Of a stretch of DNA of 64,000 nucleotides, positions 55,899-64,000 are shown piece after piece. The stretch's first letter is position 1; every line of letters starts with the position of its first letter. A program made the position numbers and the translations under genes. The stretch covers positions 943,010-1,007,009 of the forward strand of contig OZ242382.1 in NCBI GenBank assembly GCA_965209235.1, written 5' to 3'. The notes beneath the pieces were generated by a model. The model worked only from the letters and a program-made list of their open reading frames with translations. It searched no databases and was not told where the DNA came from. The DNA is from Gammaproteobacteria bacterium (lineage in GTDB: Bacteria; Pseudomonadota; Gammaproteobacteria; G965209235).

Positions 55899-56734
55899 GC
55901 GCTTCGGCGCTTGGCCAGGCGGCGGGACAACCAAAACCCGCACGCGGCCAGCAAGAGCACGGGGATCGCGTATGTCCACCAATACTCAAGAGGCGGGCGT
56001 GAGGTGATGCGCGCCCCGTACCGATCGATCATGCGATCGCGAATGACTTGTGGCGAATCGCCGGCCTTTAAGGCGTCGCGGATCTCGCGCCGCATGGCTT
56101 GGGCCAGCGGAGAAGGTGATTCGCCGACCGAGGATCCCACGCAATTCGGGCACTGCAGTTCTTGCAGCAGTTGCTCGAACGCCGCTTCGCCAGTGACGCT
56201 GAGCGTTTCGATCAGCGGCTCAAACTCGCGCGTCCACATGTCGATCGTGATCGGGCCAATGTGATGCTTGGCAATACTGCCGTCTGAGCGGACCAACACG
56301 GTTTCAGGAACCCCGGTGAGGCCGAAGTTGCGGGTCAGTTGCCCATCGGGATCTGCTACGGTTGCTACAAAAGGTGACCCTAACTCTTCGAGGAAAGCGG
56401 CGGCTTTTTGTGGGTCGTCGACGTAATTGATGCCGTAGATCGGCACGCCACGGCTGGCAATGTCAATGAGCACGGGGTGTTCTGCCCGGCAAGGAGCACA
56501 CCATGCGGCCCAGATATTGACCACCACCGGATCACCCTGCCCGAGCAGTTGATGAAGCTCAGGATGCAGATCATTGGGAAGCATGTCAGTGATGGACCGC
56601 TCCGATGACGCCGGGTCAGCCTCGCCTTTGAATAAGGCGACAGCGAGTAGCACCAACATCGCGCACAAGGCGACAGCCGCTGGTTCGGCATATCGCGTGC
56701 GCCGCGGTTGTTCTGGTTGAGTGGGGGAGGTCAT
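55895..56734 (-). CDS. ccmG: fused thiol:disulfide oxidoreductase CcmG (DsbE) and CcmH in one ORF
   Basis: Residues about 1-175 are a TM anchor plus thioredoxin fold 'VVNIWAAWCAPCRAEHP...GVPETVLV'. Residues about 176-279 read 'LQELQCPNCVGSSVGESPSPLAQAMRREI...RYG' and end in a TM helix, which is the CcmH core (compare E. coli LTEELRCPKCQNNSIADS). Confidence 0.85.
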   Translation of the reverse strand: MTSPTQPEQPRRTRYAEPAAVALCAMLVLLAVALFKGEADPASSERSITDMLPNDLHPELHQLLGQGDPVVVNIWAAWCAPCRAEHPVLIDIASRGVPIYGINYVDDPQKAAAFLEELGSPFVATVADPDGQLTRNFGLTGVPETVLVRSDGSIAKHHIGPITIDMWTREFEPLIETLSVTGEAAFEQLLQELQCPNCVGSSVGESPSPLAQAMRREIRDALKAGDSPQVIRDRMIDRYGARITSRPPLEYWWTYAIPVLLLAACGFWLSRRLAKRRSA

Positions 56735-58674
56735 GCCATGTCCTTCTGGGTGTCCATCGGCCGATCAAGCGGTGGGTCTTCATGATCAGGCCGGTGTGAT
56801 GCGCGCTTGCGCCTCTGGGAAGTTTGGCGGCCGGACACGATGGCCACAATCGCAGACAACGCCGCGATGAGTGCCCCTAGCCACAGCAACCGAATGCCGG
56901 GTACGATGCGAATGCGCACCGCCCAGCTCCCATCATCTGCAGGGTCTGTCATCGTGACATACAGGTCACGAATGGCGCCAGGCGTGAGCCCAACTTCTGT
57001 CAGGACTTGACCAGATGCAGGATAGGTTCGCTGCGCGGGCACAAGCGCGATCGAGGCATCATCGTTGACGGTGAATTGCGACAGCCGCTCAAAGTAGTTC
57101 GGCGTGCGGCGGGTTTCAATCGGACCCATTTTGAACGTCGTATCCCCCAAGGTGACCACATCCAATGGCTGCATACGTCGTTCGATGCTATGGGCGGCAA
57201 TCGTGGCGCAGGTGGCGCCGATGATGGCGCACGCGAGACCGGTGTGCCCGAGCCACGCGCTCAGTTGCCGGGAGCTGGGGCGCTTGTCCCGCCAGGTGAC
57301 AGCCTCCATGATAAGCCACGCCACCAACCAACCGCAGGCAAGCCCCGCGGCGGCTGCAATGGGAATGTCGCGCACTGCCAGCACACTCATGGCGACCGCG
57401 CCTGTGATCGCGGCCACACCGGCGTACATCACGGTGGGAGTGCGCAGGGATGAGAGTGAGACCGATGACGTCCAGCGACTGCGAAGAGCCGGACCTGCGC
57501 CCATCGCTGCCGTAATTGCAAGGGGGGCAAAAAAGAGAGCAAACCATGGAGCGCCCACCGTGACCAGTTGGCCCGTCACTACTTCATGTGCGATGGGGTA
57601 CAGCGTGCCAAAAAGCACGATGGCCAGAGCGCCTAGAAGGATCGCGCATTGCGCTTGGAATAACCACCAGCGCGGCGATGAGGGTTGTGCAGTGCGGGTG
57701 CCAAGTGATCGTTTGGTGACCACCCAGATGATGGCTACGCAGACCAGTGCCAGCATGCCTAAGAGCACCACGCCTCGCTGAGGATCCGTTGCAAACGCAT
57801 GCACGCTCGTCAAGATGCCTGATCTGACGAAAAAGGTTCCCATCAAGCTCAGCAACACACTGGCCAAACCCAGAGACACTGTCCATCCACCAAATGCTTC
57901 GCGCTCCAAAAGCGCTCGGTTCGTGTGGAGCATGGCTGTCAGGCACAGCCATGGAAGCAGCGATGCGGTTTCCACGGGATCCCAGAACCAAAAGCCGCCC
58001 CAACCCAGTTCGTAGTACGCCCACCAACTGCCAAGAGCAATGCCGACTCCAAGAAGGGCCCACGCGGAGAGGATCCACGGTCGCAAGAGCTGCGCGAACT
58101 CACGATTGACAGGCCGGCCTGACACCAACCATCCGAAGACGATCGCTGCCACCGCGGCGCATCCGGTGTATCCCGCATAGATGATGGGGGGATGGATGAT
58201 CAACCCAATGTCTTGCAGCAAGGGATTGAGCTCAGATCCTTGCTCAGGGGCAAACGGCAAGAAGCGCAAAAAGGGATTGCTCGTGAGCGCAGAAAACGCG
58301 GCAAACCCTCCAAAAAGCACCAGCGCTGCGCCGATCGCTTGCGGAGGGACCCGCTGCTTGGCCATGATCAGCGTCCACAGACCACCTAACACGATCCACA
58401 GGACGAGTGACCCCTCATGTGCCCCCCATGTTGCGGTGATTTTGTAGATGACTGGCTGCACGACGAGTGAGTGTGACGCCACATACGCCACTGAAAAATC
58501 ATCGGTTACGAGTGCAAACACCAACGCAGCAATGGCAAAGGTGCACAGCGAGAGAAATGCTAGGCTCGCGCGCCAAGGTTGTACGGCACGCGGCGCTGCT
58601 AGCAGAATGGCGCCCGACCCCAACCCCAAGCATGCTGCTGCGAGCAACGCAATGAGTCCGAGTTCAGGAATCAT
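56731..58674 (-). CDS. ccmF: heme lyase CcmF
   Basis: The 647-aa polytopic protein has the WWD-type motif 'LGWGGFWFWDPVE'. It sits between ccmE and ccmG. Confidence 0.95.
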   Translation of the reverse strand: MIPELGLIALLAAACLGLGSGAILLAAPRAVQPWRASLAFLSLCTFAIAALVFALVTDDFSVAYVASHSLVVQPVIYKITATWGAHEGSLVLWIVLGGLWTLIMAKQRVPPQAIGAALVLFGGFAAFSALTSNPFLRFLPFAPEQGSELNPLLQDIGLIIHPPIIYAGYTGCAAVAAIVFGWLVSGRPVNREFAQLLRPWILSAWALLGVGIALGSWWAYYELGWGGFWFWDPVETASLLPWLCLTAMLHTNRALLEREAFGGWTVSLGLASVLLSLMGTFFVRSGILTSVHAFATDPQRGVVLLGMLALVCVAIIWVVTKRSLGTRTAQPSSPRWWLFQAQCAILLGALAIVLFGTLYPIAHEVVTGQLVTVGAPWFALFFAPLAITAAMGAGPALRSRWTSSVSLSSLRTPTVMYAGVAAITGAVAMSVLAVRDIPIAAAAGLACGWLVAWLIMEAVTWRDKRPSSRQLSAWLGHTGLACAIIGATCATIAAHSIERRMQPLDVVTLGDTTFKMGPIETRRTPNYFERLSQFTVNDDASIALVPAQRTYPASGQVLTEVGLTPGAIRDLYVTMTDPADDGSWAVRIRIVPGIRLLWLGALIAALSAIVAIVSGRQTSQRRKRASHRPDHEDPPLDRPMDTQKDMA

Positions 58675-59093
58675 GGGGTTTTATCGTGAAACGTGCGTTC
58701 CAACGCCCGAGGCCGATACTCCTCATCATGTTTGGCAAGGACGCGTTCGGCAACAAAGACATCCCCTTGCATGCGACCATCGGCCACGGCACCCGCGCCT
58801 TCTTTAAAAAGGTCTGGCAGGATTCCTGTGTAGCGTACGCTCACTTCGTGTTCAAAGTCGGTTAACCGGAACGAGACGGACAGACCTTCGAGTCGCGTGA
58901 GGGAGTCGGCAACCACCAATCCACCCACGCTGAGCGCGGCCGAGGGGTTGTAGTCACCTGTCGCAATTTCGCTCGGCGTGCGATAGGTATGCAGCTCTGT
59001 TTCCAGCGCGTTGAGCGCAAGCGTCACGATGGCCGCGAGGCTGATGCCGATCGCGCATGCGGCCAAGAGTCGCTGGCGGCGCACAGGGTTCAT
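58671..59093 (-). CDS. ccmE: cytochrome c maturation heme chaperone CcmE
   Basis: ATG 59093 gives 'MNPVRRQRLLAACAIGISLAAIV' (TM anchor). 'VLAKHDEEYRP' contains the heme-binding His. Confidence 0.9.
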   Translation of the reverse strand: MNPVRRQRLLAACAIGISLAAIVTLALNALETELHTYRTPSEIATGDYNPSAALSVGGLVVADSLTRLEGLSVSFRLTDFEHEVSVRYTGILPDLFKEGAGAVADGRMQGDVFVAERVLAKHDEEYRPRALERTFHDKTP

Positions 59094-59269
59094 GATGCTT
59101 GTCTCCGCGTTCTCAGAGCATGGATGACGCGGGCGCGTTGTCTCCATGCTGAAACTAGTCCGATCGCATAGATGCCAAAGACCAGCACCAAAGACCCCCA
59201 GACGTACGCGCCATGACCGTTCATGACAAAGAGCGAGGTGATATTCGTCGCCCATGAAGCATCAAACAC
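59090..59269 (-). CDS. ccmD: heme exporter protein CcmD
   Basis: From GTG 59269 the 59-aa protein reads '...FVMNGHGAYVWGSLVLVFGIYAIGLVSAWRQRAR', a single TM helix. It sits between ccmC and ccmE with overlapping stop/start codons. Confidence 0.7.
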   Translation of the reverse strand: MFDASWATNITSLFVMNGHGAYVWGSLVLVFGIYAIGLVSAWRQRARVIHALRTRRQAS

Positions 59270-60005
59270 GTGAAACCTCCCATGTCCAGCGGCGCTGCCG
59301 ATCAAGATCAAGCAGTTGGGATTGTGAGCGAAGGCAGACCAATCCGGCGGATAGGGTGGCGCCCCCCACCAATGTCACCAGGAGCGGCAACCACATCGCA
59401 GGTGGCATCGCGGCTTTGCCGGTCACCGAGAACGTCGCGGTTTGATGCAAGCTTTCCCACCACTCCACGGAGTATCGGATCACGGGAATATTGATGACGC
59501 CGATGGTGGCAATGACTGCGCACATGCGGTCTGCCGCGGGTCGGCGCGCGCTTTTCGACGCTGCAATCCAACTGACGTACACGAGGCACATCACGAGAGC
59601 GCTGGCCACTCGGCCATCCCAGCGCCACGCTGTACCCCACGTGGGCACGCCCCAAATCGCTCCGGTCACCAGCGCCAGGGTCATGGCCCAGCCGCCCACA
59701 GGTGCAATGGCGCGCGCATAGGCCGAACAGGCGCGCATGCGCCAGACATGCTGAACCAGTCCGCACAGTGCCAAAGACACCATGGACCCTTGACCAATCG
59801 CTGCGAGTGGTACATGCCAATAAATAATGCGGAAGCTATGGCCTTGGATGGCGTCTTCGGGCGCGAATGCGACACCCAGCGTGAGCCCGATCACGGTCAC
59901 AACCGCGCCGAGCCCTGTGAACCAGAGCCACACCGATGAGACAAAGGAAAACGCCGATCGCGGAGTCCCCAGCCGATGAAACCAAGCCGGCAGGGTAGAC
60001 CTCAC
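59262..60005 (-). CDS. ccmC: heme exporter protein CcmC
   Basis: GTG 60005 gives 'MRSTLPAWFHRLGTPRSAF...'. 'IIYWHVPLA' and the WWD motif 'WGVPTWGTAWRWDGRV' support the call. The upstream 260 codons of ORF 59262..60785 overlap ccmB and were rejected. Confidence 0.9.
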   Translation of the reverse strand: MRSTLPAWFHRLGTPRSAFSFVSSVWLWFTGLGAVVTVIGLTLGVAFAPEDAIQGHSFRIIYWHVPLAAIGQGSMVSLALCGLVQHVWRMRACSAYARAIAPVGGWAMTLALVTGAIWGVPTWGTAWRWDGRVASALVMCLVYVSWIAASKSARRPAADRMCAVIATIGVINIPVIRYSVEWWESLHQTATFSVTGKAAMPPAMWLPLLVTLVGGATLSAGLVCLRSQSQLLDLDRQRRWTWEVSRV

Positions 60006-60043
60006 CCGTTGTTCGCGTCTTGGGATTCTAAAAACGCCATGCT

Positions 60044-60682
60044 CTACCGATAGCTCAATTGGATGCGCAGGCACGCTGCGGTGGCGATCGGTGCCACGGT
60101 GACATACAGCCACGTCAGTGCGATCAGCGCCATGGTGGTGCCGCCCTGATGTTGTGAGGCCCCCACCATGAGCAAGGGCAGTGGCAGGGGACCAGCCACC
60201 ACCGCGCCAAAAGCGGACGATCGGCGTAGACCCACCGCCGCGCCTAACTGAGCGCATGCCATCATCCCCAGAGCCCCAACGGGCAAGTGGATGGCGAGTT
60301 GGATAGCGGCGGGTGCGTGCAGCCCCTGGAGCCATGCGGCAAACGCCAGGGTCAGGCATAGGGGAAGGCCGGTGCGCACCCAATGAATTAGAAGTTGAAT
60401 CATCATCAGCGACCACAGAGGAAATGCGGTGGCGAGTGATGAGGTATGAAGCACACTCTCGTCGTGGACCGATTCGCGCAAGGAGCCTCCGAGCCAAATC
60501 AGGGATGCCAACAGGGTGGCGGTCCACGCCGCGACCGGCAACATGACCTGGCTGCCTGTGACATCGGGGCCGATGGCAAAGACAAACGCGGTGATCGTGA
60601 CTGCCGCGAATGCTAAGACCAGCGACGTCCGAGCGCCGCCGCGTCCCGCGATGATCCATTCGCGCGTGATCACAGATTTCAT
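60044..60682 (-). CDS. ccmB: heme exporter protein CcmB
   Basis: The 212-aa protein has six TM helices and sits between ccmA and ccmC. Confidence 0.9.
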   Translation of the reverse strand: MKSVITREWIIAGRGGARTSLVLAFAAVTITAFVFAIGPDVTGSQVMLPVAAWTATLLASLIWLGGSLRESVHDESVLHTSSLATAFPLWSLMMIQLLIHWVRTGLPLCLTLAFAAWLQGLHAPAAIQLAIHLPVGALGMMACAQLGAAVGLRRSSAFGAVVAGPLPLPLLMVGASQHQGGTTMALIALTWLYVTVAPIATAACLRIQLSYR

Positions 60683-61281
60683 CAGAGAAGTGCCGGGATA
60701 CGACGCGCCTGATCGTTGGCGTGCAATCGAACGTCTGTGGTGTTTTGAAGCTTGGGCGGCGAGTGCACGGCCATGAGCACCGCACCGCCGCGGGATCGGT
60801 GATCTTCGATCATCTCATCCACGATGACGCATGAGCGGTCGTCCAGTCCGGCGTACGGCTCATCCAACACCCAGCACGAGGATTGTTTGAGTGAAATGCC
60901 AGCGAGCGCCAAGCGCCGTTGCTGTCCCGCCGATAGCTCGCGTGACATCGATGTGGCATCTTGCGACAAGCCAAAACGCGTCAGGGTGTCTTCGGCCACG
61001 GCGCGAGAGGCCGGTGTGGTGTAGCGAAGGTGTTCCCTAGCTGTCAGCAGGCCGGAGATCCCGTTGGCGTGACCCAAGTACGCCAGCGTCAGATCCGCCT
61101 GAAGATCGAGTGTCCCGGACCATTCGCGATGCCACCCCGCCGCCGCGCGTAGCAAGGTGGACTTGCCAGCGCCGTTGTCGCCGTACACGACCACCGCGTC
61201 GCCGGCGCTAAGAGTGAAACTGATGGGGTCGCAAAGCGGGACGTCATCGATCGTCAGCGCCAAACGCGCAGCGGTCATCAT
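60682..61281 (-). CDS. ccmA: cytochrome c biogenesis ATP-binding export protein CcmA
   Basis: It has Walker A 'GDNGAGKST', the signature 'LSAGQQRR' and Walker B 'WVLDEP'. It is the first gene of the ccm cluster. Confidence 0.9.
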   Translation of the reverse strand: MMTAARLALTIDDVPLCDPISFTLSAGDAVVVYGDNGAGKSTLLRAAAGWHREWSGTLDLQADLTLAYLGHANGISGLLTAREHLRYTTPASRAVAEDTLTRFGLSQDATSMSRELSAGQQRRLALAGISLKQSSCWVLDEPYAGLDDRSCVIVDEMIEDHRSRGGAVLMAVHSPPKLQNTTDVRLHANDQARRIPALL

Positions 61282-61895
61282 CGCGGTGACGAGAGCTTGC
61301 GGTGCCGAAGGGGCGGTGTATCGAGTGAGGCATCAAGAAAGGCGTACAACCGGTCGGCATAAGGCCGCGCGACGTACTTACCGTAGTCTCTCTCAACGAC
61401 TCCCACGCCGCTGAGCAAGTCACGGTGCATAAAAAGTCCATGTTCGGGGGTGCGGTGTTGGAAGATCCGCGCGCCGATATTCAGCAGGATCGCTTTAAAC
61501 CATGAGTAGTTGGCGTTGGGTTGAATCTGAAACCATCCCCATGACTTGGTGCCCGCTTCCGCTACCGAGATCGTGTAGTCAATCACGTCCTTCGAGGGCA
61601 TCGCGGTTGAGGGCATGAGCACTAAGACGGCAATGTGCTGCGGCACGTTCTTCAGATCAATCGACAGGCAGTGTTCAACATCTTTGTATTCCGATTGTTG
61701 GCCGGAGAGCACTTTGACCATGCAGCCATGTTTTTGTGCAAACGGGAGAAATTCACCCACGCGCTTGCTGCTATCCATCGGAAAGAAGTACATGAGGACC
61801 CGCGGTTTACCGCTTTTAGGCCGGCGGCCATCTAGAATCGTCACGCCAGCGTACCTTGCTGGGTTACGTCCCCGTCGGTTAAGTGGATAAACCAC
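61278..61895 (-). CDS. hypothetical protein (205 aa), translationally coupled to ccmA
   Basis: This clean ORF has an ATGA overlap with the ccmA start, no TM segment or signal peptide visible by eye, and no family motif I recognise. Confidence 0.5.
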   Translation of the reverse strand: MVYPLNRRGRNPARYAGVTILDGRRPKSGKPRVLMYFFPMDSSKRVGEFLPFAQKHGCMVKVLSGQQSEYKDVEHCLSIDLKNVPQHIAVLVLMPSTAMPSKDVIDYTISVAEAGTKSWGWFQIQPNANYSWFKAILLNIGARIFQHRTPEHGLFMHRDLLSGVGVVERDYGKYVARPYADRLYAFLDASLDTPPLRHRKLSSPR

Positions 61896-61943
61896 AGGAT
61901 TCCTAATCCTGGACTGCGTGTTCGAGTCACGCCGGGGACGCCA

Positions 61944-64000
61944 CTAGCCGTCATCGTCTAGCGCAAGGAGCGTGGGGTTGCCGCCACTGGCGGTGAGGTT
62001 CTCGGTGTACGTTCTCTCCGTGCAAAAGCGGTGAAGATAATGCGGGCCGCCGGCTTTAGGCCCGGTGCCGGACAGCCCCTCTCCACCGAAAGGTTGCGTG
62101 CCGACGACAGCGCCGATTTGATTCCGGTTGACGTAGACATTTCCGGTGCGGCACACGGCGCGCACCAGACGCATGGTGGCCTTGATGCGCGTGTGCAGTG
62201 ATAGCGTCAGGCCGTATCCCAGATCGTTGATGTGGTGCAGCAACTGTGGGAGATCGTTTCTTTTGAATGTCACGATGTGCAACACAGGCGCAAACACTTC
62301 ACGTTTGAGCGCTGTCGGGGTTGGGAGACTCACAAGCGTGGGCGGACGGTAATGCCCATCTGGGAGCCCACTGGGCAGCGTGGTTTGCGAGAGAACGGAG
62401 CCGCCGAGGCTGGCAATGGAGTCGAGATGAGCATCCATCGCGCTCGCGGCGTCACCCGAAATCATGGGGCCGACATCGGTGGCGATATCGAGCGGATGTC
62501 CGACGGTGAGTTCCTCCATCGCCCCCTGAATCATGGGAATAAGTTCTGAAGCGACGTCTTCTTGGATGGCCAAGATCCGCGTGGCGGAACAGCGTTGGCC
62601 TGCGCTTCGAAACGCACCAGTGATGGCATCACGTGTGACCTGCTCATAGAGCGCTGATGAGTCAGCAATCATGAAGTTGAGGCCGCCTGTTTCGGCAATG
62701 AAAGGCAAGATCGCACCATTACGAGCTGCCAGGGAGCGTCCAATGGCCTGCGCGACTTCTGATGATCCTGTGAAGACAACGCCGGACACCGACTTTGACG
62801 CGCACAACGCGGCACCTTGTCGCCCGTCACCAAGCGCAAGCGCGAGCGCCTCTTTCGGCACGCCGGCATCATGGAGAAGTTGGATGGCTAATACCGCCGT
62901 CAGAGGGGTCTCTTCGGCAGGCTTGGCGATCACAGCATTGCCGACGGAGAGTGCGGCTGCCACTTGACCCAAGAAGATGGCCAAGGGGAAGTTCCACGGG
63001 GAGATGCACGCAAACACGCCGCGCGGCGCGATGCTCAATTCATTCAGTTCGCCGGTCGGCCCTGGTAAGGTGGTGGGAACGGCGAGGGTTTGCGCCAGAG
63101 ATGCGTAGTACCGCAAGAAGTCCACCGCTTCCCTGTGTTCAGAGACCGCATCAATCAGTGTCTTGCCGCCTTCTTTGGCCATCACTGTGAGGAAGGTCGC
63201 ACGGCGCTTCACCAGCAAATCGGCGGCTGCCAACAAGATGGTGCTTCGCTCGTGGGCAGGCGCATGCGACCAATCCATGCGAGACTGTTGGAGTTGGTCA
63301 ACCCGAGACTGGCACTCGCTTTCCGGTAAGTACGACACCCGGCTGACGATGTCAGTGGTATCGGCGGGACTGTGCCCCACAACCTGTCCGTTGCCGACAT
63401 CCCAACGCACATCACGCATTTGCTGCAAAACGTGGCGGATTTCGATGGGGTCTTCCAGTGCGAGCCCTGGGCTATTGGTGCGATCTGTATACATCGCTGG
63501 CGCCTTTTGAATGGCCGGGTGGTCAGAGGCGTCTGAGTCGTTTAACTGATCCACGGGAGGGGCCGCGAGCTCGTTGACATTGATTTCCTGATCGCGCGCG
63601 CGGTTCACAAAACTGCTGTTGGCTCCGTTTTCTAGGAGGCGACGAACCAGGTACGGCAACAAGTGGTTGTGTCCGCCAACGGGAGCATAAATGCGAGAGC
63701 GAAAGCCATCTTTCTTGAGTGCATCATGCAATGCCTCGCCCATGCCAAACAGCCGCTGGAATTCAAATGGACGATCTCCTGCGATCTGGGCGACTTGAGC
63801 GGCCGTGCCCCCGTTGTGGGTGGCAATGCACGGATACAGGTGCGGGGAGGCGTCAAACAGGGCTTTGGCGCTGTTGAGGAAGTTCATGTCGGTCATTGGC
63901 TTACGCGTGAAGACCGGGAAGCCTTCGATGCCGGCTTCTTGGGCGTACTTCACTTCCCAGTCCCAATACGCACCCTTGACCAGCCTCACCATGAGGCGGC
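61944..64000 (-). CDS. putA: bifunctional proline dehydrogenase / L-glutamate gamma-semialdehyde dehydrogenase PutA, C-terminal ~685 aa; the 5' end lies beyond the window
   Basis: The frame is open to the window edge. 'VKGAYWD' marks the end of the PRODH barrel. The ALDH domain has 'FTGSSEVA', 'ETGGLNFMIADSSA' and the catalytic Cys in 'AGQRCSA'. Confidence 0.95.
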   Translation of the reverse strand, partial: RLMVRLVKGAYWDWEVKYAQEAGIEGFPVFTRKPMTDMNFLNSAKALFDASPHLYPCIATHNGGTAAQVAQIAGDRPFEFQRLFGMGEALHDALKKDGFRSRIYAPVGGHNHLLPYLVRRLLENGANSSFVNRARDQEINVNELAAPPVDQLNDSDASDHPAIQKAPAMYTDRTNSPGLALEDPIEIRHVLQQMRDVRWDVGNGQVVGHSPADTTDIVSRVSYLPESECQSRVDQLQQSRMDWSHAPAHERSTILLAAADLLVKRRATFLTVMAKEGGKTLIDAVSEHREAVDFLRYYASLAQTLAVPTTLPGPTGELNELSIAPRGVFACISPWNFPLAIFLGQVAAALSVGNAVIAKPAEETPLTAVLAIQLLHDAGVPKEALALALGDGRQGAALCASKSVSGVVFTGSSEVAQAIGRSLAARNGAILPFIAETGGLNFMIADSSALYEQVTRDAITGAFRSAGQRCSATRILAIQEDVASELIPMIQGAMEELTVGHPLDIATDVGPMISGDAASAMDAHLDSIASLGGSVLSQTTLPSGLPDGHYRPPTLVSLPTPTALKREVFAPVLHIVTFKRNDLPQLLHHINDLGYGLTLSLHTRIKATMRLVRAVCRTGNVYVNRNQIGAVVGTQPFGGEGLSGTGPKAGGPHYLHRFCTERTYTENLTASGGNPTLLALDDDG

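Noticed and set aside
60006-60785. The N-terminal ~260 codons of the 507-aa ORF 59262..60785.
   Set aside because: This part overlaps ccmB and ccmA in another frame and looks non-protein-like. The CcmC homology starts at GTG 60005 (MRSTLPAWFHRL...).
1-64000. CRISPR arrays, IS elements or transposases, prophage genes, integron attC sites, and toxin-antitoxin or other defence cassettes.
   Set aside because: Reading all ORFs and all spacers longer than 50 nt, I saw no regularly spaced direct repeats, transposase or integrase genes, or recognisable defence-gene motifs. Short or degenerate repeats inside coding regions cannot be excluded without computation.

Overview
This window is a compact, GC-rich (by eye, not computed) stretch of core chromosome with gammaproteobacterial-type synteny. 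I call about 70 protein genes, and nearly all are housekeeping. They are, in order: pip (partial), ubiE-ubiJ-ubiB-tatA-tatB-tatC, rsgA/orn, metK-ahcY, lptM-dapF-xerC-yigB, a PQQ dehydrogenase, an M20 hydrolase, an ABC-2 exporter pair, radC/coaBC, rpmE, psd, efp-epmA, argS, serB-epmB-hslV-hslU-yggS-proC-yggT, miaB-ybeZ-ybeY-corC-lnt plus an L,D-transpeptidase, a fadB-like gene, tsaD, dksA, ygfA, ilvA, a PTP-like phosphatase, qor, gshA, pckA, ccmABCDEF(GH)I and putA (partial). The RNA genes are an SRP (4.5S) RNA at about 643-760, tRNA-Leu(UAG) at 1558-1641, and a candidate 6S RNA directly upstream of ygfA. I found no CRISPR array, IS or transposon, prophage, integron or recognisable defence island, and no convincing novel multi-gene system. 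The items most worth a second look are listed here. (1) Three conserved genes (tatA, ybeZ, ygfA) have single-base frame disruptions, each repairable by restoring one G. (2) A 255-nt highly structured, GGA-rich convergent spacer at 40903-41157 stands out because convergent genes elsewhere abut or overlap. (3) There is a single-ORF CcmG-CcmH fusion. (4) There are orphan genes: a translationally coupled pair at 46395-47020, a 205-aa ORF coupled to ccmA, and a sulfotransferase between argS and serB. (5) A HupE/UreJ-like gene has no canonical start codon. All homology statements come from reading the translations and from remembered family motifs. No alignments or searches were run.
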